From an uncultured delta proteobacterium (GTDB lineage: Bacteria > Desulfobacterota > Binatia > UBA9968): a DNA stretch of 64,000 nucleotides. Made by a program: the position numbers and the translations under genes. Every line of letters starts with the position of its first letter. Position 1 is the first letter of the stretch. Location of the stretch: NCBI GenBank assembly GCA_963737905.1, contig CAVTUQ010000004.1:64001-128000 (forward strand), in the 5' to 3' direction. Below the pieces are notes generated by a model, which worked only from the letters and a program-made list of their open reading frames with translations, was not told the DNA's origin and did not search any database. Positions 33,130-43,963 of this stretch are shown piece after piece.

Positions 33130-33444
33130 ATGAAGCGCGGCGAGGTCTGGTGGGTGGATCTGCCGGCGCCGGCTGGTCGGCGTCCCGCGGTGCTCTTGAG
33201 CCGCGATGCCGCGTATCGCGTACGCGCCGCGATTACAGTCGCGCCTGTCACGCGTACCATTCGAAGTATCCCGGTTGAAGTTATACTGGATCAAAGTGAC
33301 GGCATGCCGGCTCGTTGCGTGGTCAATCTTGACGACATCACGACTCTGCCGAAAGTTCTGATCAAGCAGCGAATCACGGCTCTCTCAACGGAAAAGATCC
33401 AGCAAGTCGATCAGGCGATACGATTTGCTTTGGACTTAGACTGA
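33130..33444 (+). CDS. PemK/MazF family toxin
   Basis: MKRGEVWWVDLPAPAGRRPAVLLSR, VAPVT, VNLDDITT. Confidence 0.93.
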   Translation: MKRGEVWWVDLPAPAGRRPAVLLSRDAAYRVRAAITVAPVTRTIRSIPVEVILDQSDGMPARCVVNLDDITTLPKVLIKQRITALSTEKIQQVDQAIRFALDLD

Positions 33445-33663
33445 CGAGCATGACGTATCGAGCAGGTCGTGGATAGACAGGTTAGAGTACTTACAGCTAC
33501 GTTGCGCCCGTCACAACCTGCAGAAACACGACCACATTGTATGAGTGAGATCAGGTACATCAGATGTAAAGGCCCGACCCTTTTTTCTAAGCTCCGCTCA
33601 TCTTCTTGACAAGCAACAATCGTTTTGTAACGAATGAATGTCCTGAAAGCCGAGGCGCACAAA

Positions 33664-34689
33664 ATGATGCGGATACTAAAAGGGTCTTTCTATCAACTTC
33701 TTTGCGGCAGTTTAGCGGCTACGCTGCTTTTCTATACCTCTCCAGTCAATGCTGAAACCCTGGATGAGACCTATCAGAGAGCGTTGAAGGAAGGTGGAAG
33801 ATTAAATCTTTATGGGACTTTGACACCCACCACGGCGGTCGCCGTCCTGTCGATTTTCGAAAAGCGCTTTCCTGGTATTAAAATCGAAAATACCGGCGCG
33901 AGCGGCGATAAGATCGTTGCGCGAGCCATTTCCGAAGCGCGCGGTGGGAGAACCATCGGAGACGCTTTTCACATGAATCTCGAAAACGTGATGCAAGTGC
34001 ACGAACAAGGAATGGTTCTCGAAAAGGTTCCGCCTGAAGCCGACCTCTATTCCAATAATCTAAAGGGCTCCTACTGGGTAGGCACTCGAATAAATACGAT
34101 CGTGGCGGCGTGGAATACAAATCTACTTAAAAAGCAGGAAGAACCCAAACAGTTCGAGGACTTTGCCGATCCAAAGTGGAAGGGCAAGCTTCTAGCGGAG
34201 CCGCGTGATGCCGAGCTTCTGGTTGCCTTCGCCAACCACAAGTACAACAACCTCGACAAAGCTGTAGCGCTACTCCAAAAAATTGCCGCGAATGACGTGG
34301 AATTTCATCCTGGCCATCCGCAGTTGGTGGAGCTCCTGGTCGCCGGACAAGGTTCTGCTTGCATCACTTGTTACACCCATCATCTGTTGCCCAGGATGAA
34401 GAAAGGTGCGCCGATCGCGTACATGTTCTCCGAGGGGATAGGTACGGTGAGTGCCACCGCGGTATTCAAAAATGCGTCTCATCCGAACTCGGCGTGGCTT
34501 TTTTTCCGCTGGGCTTTGACCGACGAAGGACAAAAAGCATTTGCTATCGAAGGCCGCATGCCCGCCAATCCGAAAATAGAGCCGGTTGAGAAGACAGGAC
34601 TCGACAAAGTCTATACGCTAGGTGAAAAGGATTCCCGAGATTTTTCTAAATACGAGAAAATTTGGAAGGGAATATTTAAGCTCAGATAA
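33664..34689 (+). CDS. Extracellular solute-binding protein (AfuA/SBP_bac_6-like)
   Basis: ALKEGGRLNLY, AWNTNL, DPKWKGK, HPNSAWLFFRW. Confidence 0.88.
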   Translation: MMRILKGSFYQLLCGSLAATLLFYTSPVNAETLDETYQRALKEGGRLNLYGTLTPTTAVAVLSIFEKRFPGIKIENTGASGDKIVARAISEARGGRTIGDAFHMNLENVMQVHEQGMVLEKVPPEADLYSNNLKGSYWVGTRINTIVAAWNTNLLKKQEEPKQFEDFADPKWKGKLLAEPRDAELLVAFANHKYNNLDKAVALLQKIAANDVEFHPGHPQLVELLVAGQGSACITCYTHHLLPRMKKGAPIAYMFSEGIGTVSATAVFKNASHPNSAWLFFRWALTDEGQKAFAIEGRMPANPKIEPVEKTGLDKVYTLGEKDSRDFSKYEKIWKGIFKLR

Positions 34690-34710
34690 CGTGCGGCAGT
34701 CGCCAATCCG

Positions 34711-35523
34711 ATGAGACCCATCCCCATCCCCGCGCAGGTTCCGGCCAAGGACGGCATGGCGCAGATTCCCGACACCCGTCTCTGGTACTGGGACACGGGT
34801 GGCCAGGGGGTACCGATCGTGCTTCTGCATCCGGCGACCGGTAGCGCTTTGATCTGGGGTTACCAGCAGCCGGTGCTAGCGAAGGCTGGCTACCGCGTCA
34901 TCGCCTATTCGCGGCGTGGCTATTACAACTCTGCACCCTTCGACCGGAACAATCCTGGTATCGGCTCCGAGGACCTTAGGCACCTCGCGGATGTCCTGGG
35001 CCTTGGACGATTTCATGTGGTGGCGTCGGCGGCCGGCGGCAGTATTGCGTCGGACTTCGCGTTCTCTTACCAGGACCGGCTCCTGAGCCTGACCATTTCC
35101 AGCAATTCCTTCGGGGTGCGCGACGGGGAGATCGCGAAGGCGGCGGCGTTCATTCGCCCCAAGGGCTTTGAGCAATTGCCGGCCGAATTTCGCGAGATCG
35201 GTCCATCATACCGAGCAGCCAACCCCGAAGGCGTGAAGGCGTGGCTGGAGCTCGAGCACAAAGCGCTGATTGGCTCCGAATATCGACAAACGCTCAAGAA
35301 TGAGATCACTCAGGCGAGGCTCAAGGATCTCAAGCTGCCGACGCTGCTGATTGCCGGCGCTGCGGACTTGTTGACGCCGCCGTCTATCTCGCGGATGATC
35401 GCGGCCGAGATTCCCAACAGCCGGGTGGTGCTGATGCCCGAGGCCGGTCACTCGTCGTACTGGGAGCAGCCGGAGATCTTCAATCGCGCCGTGCTCGAGT
35501 TCATCGGCGGCCAGTCGAAATAG
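34711..35523 (+). CDS. Alpha/beta hydrolase
   Basis: VLLHP, YSRRGY, atypical elbow ASAAGG, GAADLLTP, AGHSSYWEQP. Confidence 0.85.
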   Translation: MRPIPIPAQVPAKDGMAQIPDTRLWYWDTGGQGVPIVLLHPATGSALIWGYQQPVLAKAGYRVIAYSRRGYYNSAPFDRNNPGIGSEDLRHLADVLGLGRFHVVASAAGGSIASDFAFSYQDRLLSLTISSNSFGVRDGEIAKAAAFIRPKGFEQLPAEFREIGPSYRAANPEGVKAWLELEHKALIGSEYRQTLKNEITQARLKDLKLPTLLIAGAADLLTPPSISRMIAAEIPNSRVVLMPEAGHSSYWEQPEIFNRAVLEFIGGQSK

Positions 35524-35609
35524 CCCGAAGGTTCACAACTTTGGCGTGGGAGGTGGTGCAGTCTCATTTTTAGAGAGTGCGGGTCTAGACTTGCCTAAGT
35601 CTACCGGAG

Positions 35610-36590
35610 TTACTTATACAGGCTGTCAATGTAGCCGGACTTGTCCAATTCCTGAATAAAACGCGAGTCCATGAACTCGGCCGGGTTGGCCGAGCGCGCG
35701 GCCGGGAGTTTCTTTGCCAGCTCATCGAGAATCGTCTTAAACCCTTCCGCCGATGGATAGGGCTTGACTTCTGCCGTCGCTTTCAGCTGCTGATAAGAAT
35801 CCTCCAGAACTTTCTCGTCTTTGATTTTCATATAGCGCGCGATCGCGCGTTTCGGGACCGCTGGATTAACGCGGATTAGCTGGACGCCTTCGACGATCGA
35901 CTTGACCACTCGGCGCACCACGTCGGGGTTTTTGGCAATATACTTTTGGGTCGTGTTGAGCCCCACTTGCTGAAACGGAATATCCATCTCCTCCATGTTG
36001 GCGAACACGCGCATCCCGGCTTCGACGGCTTTGTTGTAGTACGGCGGCTGAAGCAGCGCCCCGTCGAAGGTTTTGCCCGCGATCAACGAAGTCGCCACCA
36101 CCGGAGCGGAATCGCCGACTTGAATTAATCGGACATCCCGCTCAGGGTCGACGCCGAGTCTATTCAGCAGCAGCCGCATGGTGGCGTCGTTCACCGTGCC
36201 ATAACGCGTCACCCCCAGAACCTTCCCTTTGAGCTCGGCCAGCGTGCGAATTTCCGGCCGCACTACAAGGCGATAATTAAGCTTCTGCTGAAAGCTTACG
36301 ATCATCACCAGATCGGCGCCTTGCACCCGCGCCGGCGCCAACAGGCTCGCCGAATAGCTGCACATGTCGATCTCGCCGGCGATCATCGCCGACTGGCCGA
36401 GATTGTTGCGCAGGAAAAGAATCTCAGGATTCAACCCGTTCCTTTCAAAGAGCTTGCCTTCCTGGGCGACCCACAACATCGCCGTCGCCGGGCTCAAGCC
36501 GGAGTAGCCGATGCGGATTCTATCAGCGGCGAAGCTCGGAGAGATAAACAGGAACGAGATCAGAAATGACAGTAACGCGAGGAATTTCAC
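35610..36590 (-). CDS. ABC substrate-binding protein (NMT1/SsuA-like)
   Basis: Signal peptide; LWVAQEGKLFERNGL; LKGKVLGVTRYG. Confidence 0.9.
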   Translation of the reverse strand: MKFLALLSFLISFLFISPSFAADRIRIGYSGLSPATAMLWVAQEGKLFERNGLNPEILFLRNNLGQSAMIAGEIDMCSYSASLLAPARVQGADLVMIVSFQQKLNYRLVVRPEIRTLAELKGKVLGVTRYGTVNDATMRLLLNRLGVDPERDVRLIQVGDSAPVVATSLIAGKTFDGALLQPPYYNKAVEAGMRVFANMEEMDIPFQQVGLNTTQKYIAKNPDVVRRVVKSIVEGVQLIRVNPAVPKRAIARYMKIKDEKVLEDSYQQLKATAEVKPYPSAEGFKTILDELAKKLPAARSANPAEFMDSRFIQELDKSGYIDSLYK

Positions 36591-36790
36591 GCCATTGGTC
36601 TCCTTAATTTCTGTCTATGCCTTCACTCTTTCTCTCTCCCATTGCGCTAGAGAACTCCGGAAGTCGGACCGCTAAGACTCAAGGCAGGCTTTTGGAACGA
36701 GTGAAACTGGCTTCGTTTTAGATAACGCTGAATCAATAGTATGCGTGGTCGACCCGAGATTTAGCGCTCACGACGTCGTTCGCCCATGGC

Positions 36791-37150
36791 CTACCGCTTC
36801 GCCGCTGAGCGAAGGGCCCTATCCGATTTCCTCGGCCGCTTATTGGACCGAGCACGACGACCATTTCCTGCCGGGCTGCGCAAGTGCACGGATTTTTCAG
36901 GACGATGTGCCGGGACGCCGTGAAGCATTCCTTCAACGCTGATGTCTTCATCGACCTCCGGCCAGTGCACTCCTTGTCCATCGCCGATGAGCTCAAAACG
37001 TCGTCGTTGTTTGACCGTTGCTTCCGACAAACGCCAGGACCATACCAACGGCACACTCAACACCCGACCGTCCACCAGGTAAGCGATGATCGCATCTGAA
37101 GTAACTTTCACATTTCGAATCCTGGGCTCAATGTTCTCCACAATGCTCAT
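36791..37150 (-). CDS. DUF2442 family protein (toxin-antitoxin partner)
   Basis: LVDGRVLSVPLVWSWRL...GVHWPEVDEDISVEG. Confidence 0.88.
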   Translation of the reverse strand: MSIVENIEPRIRNVKVTSDAIIAYLVDGRVLSVPLVWSWRLSEATVKQRRRFELIGDGQGVHWPEVDEDISVEGMLHGVPAHRPEKSVHLRSPAGNGRRARSNKRPRKSDRALRSAAKR

Positions 37151-37370
37151 GCCATGCCTCCGTTATGGTATCCCGGTGAATTCCGATCAATCGCCGGATG
37201 GTGTTTAGTTCCCTAGCGGTGAATCCGTGATTTTTCGCCAATTGGATCGGTTCCAACCAGAATTTGCAGGTCCGCCGTTCCCGACGTACATGAATGTGAA
37301 TTGGTTCGTTGCAGTCAAAGCTATAAAAGAAGAACCAGTACGGTCCTGGAATACCCTGAATCTTCGGCAT
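37128..37370 (-). CDS. DUF4160 family protein (toxin-antitoxin partner)
   Basis: FFFYSFDCNEPIHIHV...CKFWL...WHEH. Confidence 0.88.
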   Translation of the reverse strand: MPKIQGIPGPYWFFFYSFDCNEPIHIHVRRERRTCKFWLEPIQLAKNHGFTARELNTIRRLIGIHRDTITEAWHEHCGEH

Positions 37371-37566
37371 TCAATCACATGCCAATCTTTCCCGTCAAAA
37401 GACTAGCACGACTTAGCACTTGCCGCCACGAGCTCCATTAGACGCCCCAATGACCGTCGTGGTTCGGACCAGGCTAAGTCTGAGCAGTGCAGCAAATTTC
37501 TACCACGGGATCGCGTTTTTTAGTGTTAGTACCTCATTTCCCGGCGCGAATTCGCGCCCGTGAGCT

Positions 37567-37700
37567 TTACTTAGATTCCCGCAGTGCATACACCACCTGC
37601 CCGCTCGACTTCGCGTGCATGGCCCTCGAAACCAAGCTCGCTTTTGACCTTCTCAGCGAAAGCCAAACTGCCAACCGCAAATTGCTCTGACCAGCGTCGA
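37567..37700 (-). pseudogene. C-terminal remnant resembling an IS200/RAYT-like transposase
   Basis: WSEQFAVGSLAFAEKVKSELG...REVERAGG/VYALRE resembles tails of REP-associated tyrosine transposases (from recall); no catalytic domain remains. Confidence 0.45.
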
Positions 37701-38145
37701 ATCTTTCGAGAATTCCCGAATTTCGAATTTCCACGTTCTGTTTCTGTAAACCATTTGAACGGAGCGTTACGGTTGAAGATATAATGAGAAATTTGTCCAA
37801 CTATAGTAGTCAACAGCGTCCCCGGCCCCGGCCGCCGGGACCTTAGCCTTCACGATTCATCTCTTAGACGAAATGTATTAGTGCAAGACCCCTATACAGA
37901 GGTCAAAGAGAACAGCGGTAATGACGGCGAAAACTTGTGCGATTGACTACTCGCCGCTGCGGCGATAAAGCTCCCGTCAAAGAAAAAGGGTGTCTAAAAT
38001 TCCTATACGTGGCACTGCGCGACCATCGCAGCACGGCGGTCAGATGATCTCTCGTCCGGGGATCGGCGCGAAGGCCGTGCCGGACGGTAGCTTGAGCGTA
38101 TCATCCGGACGCGGGTTTCCCGCAACTTAGTGAAAGGCGAACTCA

Positions 38146-38919
38146 ATGGGTGAATACACTCTGCCCCATAAGTTAGTGGGCGAACAGCAACGGTTGGCGC
38201 TAATGTCAGCGTTGCTGGATCCCGTCGAGCTCGCTCACATTGATCGACTTGGAGTGCGTCCAGGCTGGCGGTGCCTGGAAGTCGGCTGTGGCAACGGATC
38301 GATCTCCCAGGCTCTGGCTGAGCGCGTGGCGCCCGCTGGTCACGTAGTCGCGAGCGACATCGATCTCAGTTGTATCGTGGACCAGCAATTGCCGTGTCTC
38401 GAGGTCCGCCGAATCGATATCCTTGAGGATGTAGTAGAAGCAGGTGGCTACGATTTCGTCGTCGCGCGTGCCCTGCTTCACCATCTCACGCCTGCGCGTA
38501 AGGCCTTGGAAGGCATGGTCAGCGCGCTGAAGCCCGGAGGCACGCTGCTTTCCGTCGAACCGGACATGCTGCCCTGCACTGTCGCCGAGCCGGATTCGAT
38601 GCACAGGTTCTGGGAAGGATGGCTAAAGTGGTCGGTTGAAGCTGGCATCGATTACTTTGTCGGCCGCAAAATTCCCGCCTGGCTGGATTCGCTCGGACTG
38701 AAGGATGTTGCGGGCGAAGGGCACACCGCGCAGTTCAACGGCGGGTCAGATTGGGCGACATACTGGACCGAGACCGTGCGGGAGTTGGCGCCCTCACTGC
38801 TGAAATCGAGTTATGTTACCGAGAGCATGCTCGAGGAGTTTCATGCCCGTCATCACGACCCGCATTATTGGACCAGCGTCATGACATTCACGGCCAATTG
38901 GGGACGCAAGCCGGCATGA
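38146..38919 (+). CDS. Class I SAM-dependent methyltransferase
   Basis: CLEVGCGNG, YDFVVARALLHH, LKPGG. Confidence 0.92.
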   Translation: MGEYTLPHKLVGEQQRLALMSALLDPVELAHIDRLGVRPGWRCLEVGCGNGSISQALAERVAPAGHVVASDIDLSCIVDQQLPCLEVRRIDILEDVVEAGGYDFVVARALLHHLTPARKALEGMVSALKPGGTLLSVEPDMLPCTVAEPDSMHRFWEGWLKWSVEAGIDYFVGRKIPAWLDSLGLKDVAGEGHTAQFNGGSDWATYWTETVRELAPSLLKSSYVTESMLEEFHARHHDPHYWTSVMTFTANWGRKPA

Positions 38920-39205
38920 GCCAAGATTGGCGATAGCGAGAGAGTTGATTGAAATGTGGCTTTCACTCAGCTCGTCACACTGTTGACTAAGCGAGTAGGT
39001 CATGGAAACGCTCATCGGGTCGCGAACACAAGAACCGGTTCAATTAATCGGATGTGGCACGGCTAGAGTTTGTCCAGTAGTCAACAGCGGCCCTGTCGCC
39101 TCTGCAAGTTTTGTTTATGTGATTTACTTAATAGATTTAGGCAAGTCTGACACAGCCTCCAACCACGAGTGTCTCGGCAAATATTGCGGTTAGGCTCGGC
39201 ATACT

Positions 39206-39561
39206 TTAGTCCGAGGCGTGGTTAATTAGAATCTGATACTCCCATAGTTCTCCCGCCTTAATCGTGACCGGACAAGCCTCGTCATTCATATTTCCAAACA
39301 TACAGTATTTTTTACCCTCGTCTTCGACTAAGACACTGTAAGATCCCGCTGGCAGTTCTATTTCATACAAGCCATTCTTTGATTTTACGACCCGGAGAGG
39401 AGGCATAGCTCTTGGTAGGTATGGACCGCGCCACTCATGTTTTAAACCGAGAACCGAATAAATGTAGATCTCACGGTCGACAAGCCTGCGAGTACAAGGA
39501 TCCCTTTCTGGCGGCATATCCACTGTACCGTCTTCTCGCCGGTGCACGATGCGAGGCTGAC
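39206..39561 (-). pseudogene. 3' part of a hypothetical gene truncated by IS21 insertion
   Basis: Protein-like frame (…GLYEIELPAGSYSVLVED…) whose 5' part is replaced by the IS end at 39562. Confidence 0.5.
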
Positions 39562-40100
39562 TGCGTATTCCGATGAAATCGGCACCGATTCCGAAGCAAA
39601 TCGGCAATCCGAGGAGTCGGAGCGAAGCGACGCTGGGATTTTGTTCATAACCTAAGGGTACTGTTGGTTGCAAGTCCGTTAAATCATTTCTTGGTTTTTC
39701 TGATCGACTCTCCTTTCAGTTCGATTTTGTAAGCGTGGTGCAGCAAGCGATCCAAGATGGCATCGGCGACGGTGGGTTCACCGATGATGGTATGCCAGTC
39801 TTTGATCGGGCACTGGCTGGTGATGACAGTGGGATTTTTCTGATAGCGGTCCTCGATGATTTCGAGCAGATCGTTACGTTGCGAATCATCGAGTGGAGTC
39901 AGAAACAGATCATCGAGGATAAGCAGTTGGACCTTGGCCAAGCGGGTGAGCATTTTGAGATGGGAGCCGTCGGCTTTGGCTTGAAGGAGCATTTCGAACA
40001 GACGCGGAGCGCGCAGATAGAGTACGGTGTAACCGTGGCGCGCAACGAAGTTGCCGAGCGCGCAGGCGATGTAACTTTTGCCGACGCCCGTGGGCCCTCG
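39562..40100 (-). mobile_element. istB: IS21-family remnant: terminal repeat plus 3' part of istB
   Basis: End TGCGTATTCCGATGAAATCGGCACCGATTCCGAAGCAAATCGGCA (TG terminus, internal ATTCCGA..AAATCGGCA repeats); IstB motifs GPTGVGKS, LLILDD, ITSQ, ADAILDRLLH (39684-40100); no istA. Confidence 0.88.
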
Positions 40101-40601
40101 AGTGATGGACGTATCGGAAAAGACGACGTTCGAATTCTGAGTAGAGCAAATTTCGAACGGCGAATTGAGGAATTGAAACAGGATTCCGAGGGACAAGAAC
40201 AAGATGCTCTTATCCGCGGCATTTATGTGCTTCGCCAATTCTGCGTTGTTGAGAGAAAAACCAATGTTGTACTTGTTTCGGAAGCCACCCTGCAGCAGAA
40301 CACGAAGATCAGGGCCCTGCTCTATCGATTGCTAGATTATAGAATTATCCATAGTGCGGGAACAGCACTGACTCATAAATCGCAGCCCGGTACGTATCAC
40401 GCGTTCGCGATCGATATTGGTTGTTATGCCCACATGCGCGTGCTCGAGGATAAGTTCACTGAAATTGACCTTGCGGATCCGGAAGCCAAAGAAAAGATGA
40501 GGTCTGCTCCTATCTTAGATGAGAAGGACTTCGAAACCATTTGGGAGTCTGTTCCCACAGACCCCGAACTAGCTTTAAAAAACCAGGAAACCTTGTCGTA
40601 A
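40100..40601 (+). pseudogene. C-terminal fragment of an unrelated protein (possibly the helical tail of a P-loop ATPase)
   Basis: Open frame ...LYRLLDYRIIH...YHAFAIDIGCY... begins at the IS junction without its own start. Confidence 0.45.
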
Positions 40602-41049
40602 AAAGTCAAACATATCTGTTTCCGCTACATGTTTCCAAAACTAGACAGACTCACGCTCAGGAAGCTACCTCCATAAGAAAATTTCTGGGGTGCAAATGGA
40701 CGAGACTCGATTCCAGGACGGTTCAGCGGCAGAGTCGGAGAATCAGGCTTGAATACGTGAATAAAGCGAGAATAGGTCAGGATCAAGAAGATTTCATTGG
40801 AATTCATTGGTGATTGGAATTCCTTGGTGTCAGACTTGTCTAACTCTATTAACCTAACTTCCCTGATCGTAATCATGTGCATTCCACCAGCTTGAGCGGA
40901 GGCGCCAGGATCACGCACGATAATCTCGCAGAACTGCAAGCCGCGACACATCGAAAATTGAGAGAGTCTCTGCGTTCCGAGTCGACCGTTTTACTGACCG
41001 CCTGGCTACCTAAAACTCAAAAAGCTTCGTTATCCCAGTAACTCTCCGT

Positions 41050-41160
41050 CCAGCCTGCGCCGCGGCTGGACGATAGAGTTGGGAATACTCCTTCCCGTTG
41101 TCGTAGGCGATCTTCTCGCTGGCCTTCTGCGCACGGTCCGGATGATTCCACAGATACTTG
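41050..41160 (-). repeat. Degenerate copy of the 3' end of the amidohydrolase gene at 49707-50792
   Basis: KYLWNHPDRAQKASEKIAYDNGKEYSQLYRP versus KYLWNHPDLSRKTKEKIAYHNGKEYFQLDRP. Confidence 0.8.
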
Positions 41161-41282
41161 CGCGTCGAGGGCCGGCCTGAGTAATTGACTTGTCCGTGCG
41201 GTGAACCAGATTCGAGCAAGCTTCATCGCGTCGATCGTCCGCTGCTGTGAAAGTTTGCTCACGGCCTTCATGGGCCGGCGGA

Positions 41283-41576
41283 TTACTGTTTCATATCGTT
41301 GGTCACGAAATCGTTCCATTCACTGATCGCCTCACTTGCCGCGCGGCGGTGGATCGTGGCGGCATCTTCCTGCTGTCGAACAAACTCCTCGATGCAGGAT
41401 TTGTATGCATTCACTGCTTCGTTAAATTTGTCTGCTTCCTGTTGGGTCTTGATCTCAGCAGCTTTACCTGGCTTGCGACATGAGTGAGAGGGAGCAGAAG
41501 AGTCCGCCGCGTTGGCGAGTGGCGCGGCAAATACTAGAAATACAATGGCGGCGATGCGGCGAATGCGGGCTTTCAT
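41283..41576 (-). CDS. Small exported hypothetical protein
   Basis: GGAGGGAG RBS, signal peptide, two Cys, helical body. Confidence 0.7.
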   Translation of the reverse strand: MKARIRRIAAIVFLVFAAPLANAADSSAPSHSCRKPGKAAEIKTQQEADKFNEAVNAYKSCIEEFVRQQEDAATIHRRAASEAISEWNDFVTNDMKQ

Positions 41577-41941
41577 GGCTCCCTCCAGAGGTTTACTTTT
41601 ATCGCATTAAATCATGCGGAATCCTACAGCCGCGCAGGCGTACCAACGCTAAGGAGCATTCTAGAAAAATCCTTGGATATCGTCACCCTCGCCGACGATC
41701 CGTCTTTGCACACGAGCTGTGCGAAGTAAAAAGAAATTGGACCGAGACTTTCTGAAGCGAACTTGTGTCGCAAAAGAAGATAGATCAAATAGTTTTGACA
41801 CGACCTCATTCTAATTTTTTCTTGATTAGAGCGAAATTCTGGATTAGATGAGAGTATCGCGAAATCCACTCGACATTTTGTGCGGAGAATCTGCCCTATC
41901 TGGCATGCGCCCAAGACGGCCGCGGACAGCAGGAGATATTC

Positions 41942-43825
41942 ATGAAGCCAAGCATCGCCCCGAACCACGGATTAGTCTCGCTTGTCGCGTTATTCTTGCT
42001 AATGCTCGTTGGCGTCGCCGGCACTGCCGGCGCACAAATAACGCCACCCAAGTGCCCTTCAAAGGAATGCAGCAAGGTAATTACGTTCTATAACAATACT
42101 CCAACCGCGATCTTTCCGGTGATTCAGGCTGGGTTTCAGAATCCTGATCCCTGGTTGCAAGCGCTTTTCAGCGATGACACGAAACCTTATGCGGAAACCC
42201 ATTATTCCCGGGTGTATATCAATCCCGTTAATGGCGTTCCGCCCGGAGGTCACGTATCGGTTACGGTTCCATGGTACTCTGAGCTTTCGCAGGACGTCGA
42301 CCAGTTTATCGACTGGTACAATGGTGGTCGCATCTATATCTTTGATAGCGCAGCAGCTCTCAGCGCGGCGCACGAAGCGGACAAGAACAGTCCGCTCTCC
42401 GTAACCGCGAACTCTCCGGTCGTTTCTTGTGAGGATTGCGAGCAGCCGTTGACTATCTACAAAGATCCCCTCGCTTTCCCGCCAAGCATTCCGTTCCAAT
42501 TGGTGGAGTACACCTTTGCCGACGTCGGGACTCCGGCTGGCGCTAAGCCCCATATCATAGATTTAAATGTCGGCTATAACGTTTCTTATCTCGATCAGAT
42601 ATACCTGCCGGTCGCCCTGGCGCCGTGTCGCACCGAGCCGTGCGACCGTCCGGATCCCACTGCCGTGGGCTATCTAGGCACGGTTCAAGCCGTGAATGAT
42701 TTCCGATCGACACTTACGCAATTTTCTAATACCCAAGGCTGGCCTCTATACAACGATCGGCTAGACGATGCCACGCGCCCACGACTTCCTGGGACCTACA
42801 ACCTCCTTGTTGATAGGGTAAATGTCGTAGAGAACCACCAACCATCGCAGTTCACCGCGCCCGGTGTAGCCGTAAAAAACTTGATCAATCAATGGAATAT
42901 CTGCACTTCCAACGCGGCTAACATGAACAATTGTCCACAATTTAGGATTTATCAGGAAATCAATAACTATTTCAGAGCTAATTACGCGCTATATAGAAAA
43001 GCAAACAGTGCTGACTGCCCGCCGTCGGCCTCTTATCCTATCCCCGCAACGCTAACGCCCCTTAACATCATGCCGTATGTTTATGGTTGGGTGCCGTTTA
43101 ATTCCGGATGTCCACCGTCTTTCAATGCTCTCAAAACATCCCCGGGGCCGGAACAGGTTTTCGACCAGGCATTATTCGATTATGTCCACAGCCTGCAGTA
43201 CAACTACCGGAGCGCGAAGCAAAAGCAACAATTTTTTAATCCATTCGTAGCCCTGGTTCATGGTCAGCTCGAGGCAAATGGCTACGCATTCTCTGTAGAT
43301 GACGCCGTCGGTTTTCAAAATCACCCTGCCGAGGGGCTTATCGTTGCGGTCGGAGGGGCGTCTGGATTGCCGAACGGGCAGCCGGTTGTACCGCCTCCGG
43401 ACTTCACGACGGATTTCGTGGTGAGTCTGGGAGATTCGAAAGCCCAGCAAAGGCCAATGTGGACAAGTTACGGGATATGCAAGAACTCCGCGGATACGCA
43501 ATTCCCGCCTCTGGCACCGGGCGCACCGGTAGATACCCCGCAAATTATTGTCGATACCGTCGCGTATCAGATTTCGCCGACGCAGCCGTGTACCATAACC
43601 GTCACCGATGCCGCCAACAGGAAATACCAATTCACCATACGAATGCCGGTACCGTGGCCGTCCCATTCGGGGACGGGTTTCGACGCGCAGGTCATGACCT
43701 GCGTCAACAAAAATGACGGCTGGTGTACTAATATCAACGAGTTGTCGACGCCGGACCCCAACCCGCAATTTGTTCTCTTTACACCGCCACCGCTGGCTCC
43801 CACGAGGGCGCGGCCGAAGCGGTAA
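41942..43825 (+). CDS. Secreted protein, GH64/thaumatin-like beta-1,3-glucanase superfamily
   Basis: Signal peptide; LVEYTF, YNVSYLDQIYLP and GYAFSVDD resemble the GH64 motifs EFT, NISYVD and GYAFPYDD. Confidence 0.6.
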   Translation: MKPSIAPNHGLVSLVALFLLMLVGVAGTAGAQITPPKCPSKECSKVITFYNNTPTAIFPVIQAGFQNPDPWLQALFSDDTKPYAETHYSRVYINPVNGVPPGGHVSVTVPWYSELSQDVDQFIDWYNGGRIYIFDSAAALSAAHEADKNSPLSVTANSPVVSCEDCEQPLTIYKDPLAFPPSIPFQLVEYTFADVGTPAGAKPHIIDLNVGYNVSYLDQIYLPVALAPCRTEPCDRPDPTAVGYLGTVQAVNDFRSTLTQFSNTQGWPLYNDRLDDATRPRLPGTYNLLVDRVNVVENHQPSQFTAPGVAVKNLINQWNICTSNAANMNNCPQFRIYQEINNYFRANYALYRKANSADCPPSASYPIPATLTPLNIMPYVYGWVPFNSGCPPSFNALKTSPGPEQVFDQALFDYVHSLQYNYRSAKQKQQFFNPFVALVHGQLEANGYAFSVDDAVGFQNHPAEGLIVAVGGASGLPNGQPVVPPPDFTTDFVVSLGDSKAQQRPMWTSYGICKNSADTQFPPLAPGAPVDTPQIIVDTVAYQISPTQPCTITVTDAANRKYQFTIRMPVPWPSHSGTGFDAQVMTCVNKNDGWCTNINELSTPDPNPQFVLFTPPPLAPTRARPKR

Positions 43826-43963
43826 GGGCGGACTGGAAAGGGATGCGTGGCGGCGCAGCTTGGCCCAAAGCGATTTGCGAAGCTACCTCGTGCACTGTTC
43901 GAATAGAGTATATTCTTCAACGACGGTGCCGCGGCCGGTCAGCTGGAAAACCGCTCCCGAATT

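Noticed and set aside
39735-40601. 288-aa plus-strand ORF as one gene
   Set aside because: Its first ~120 aa are the antisense of istB; only the part after about 40100 looks like real coding sequence.
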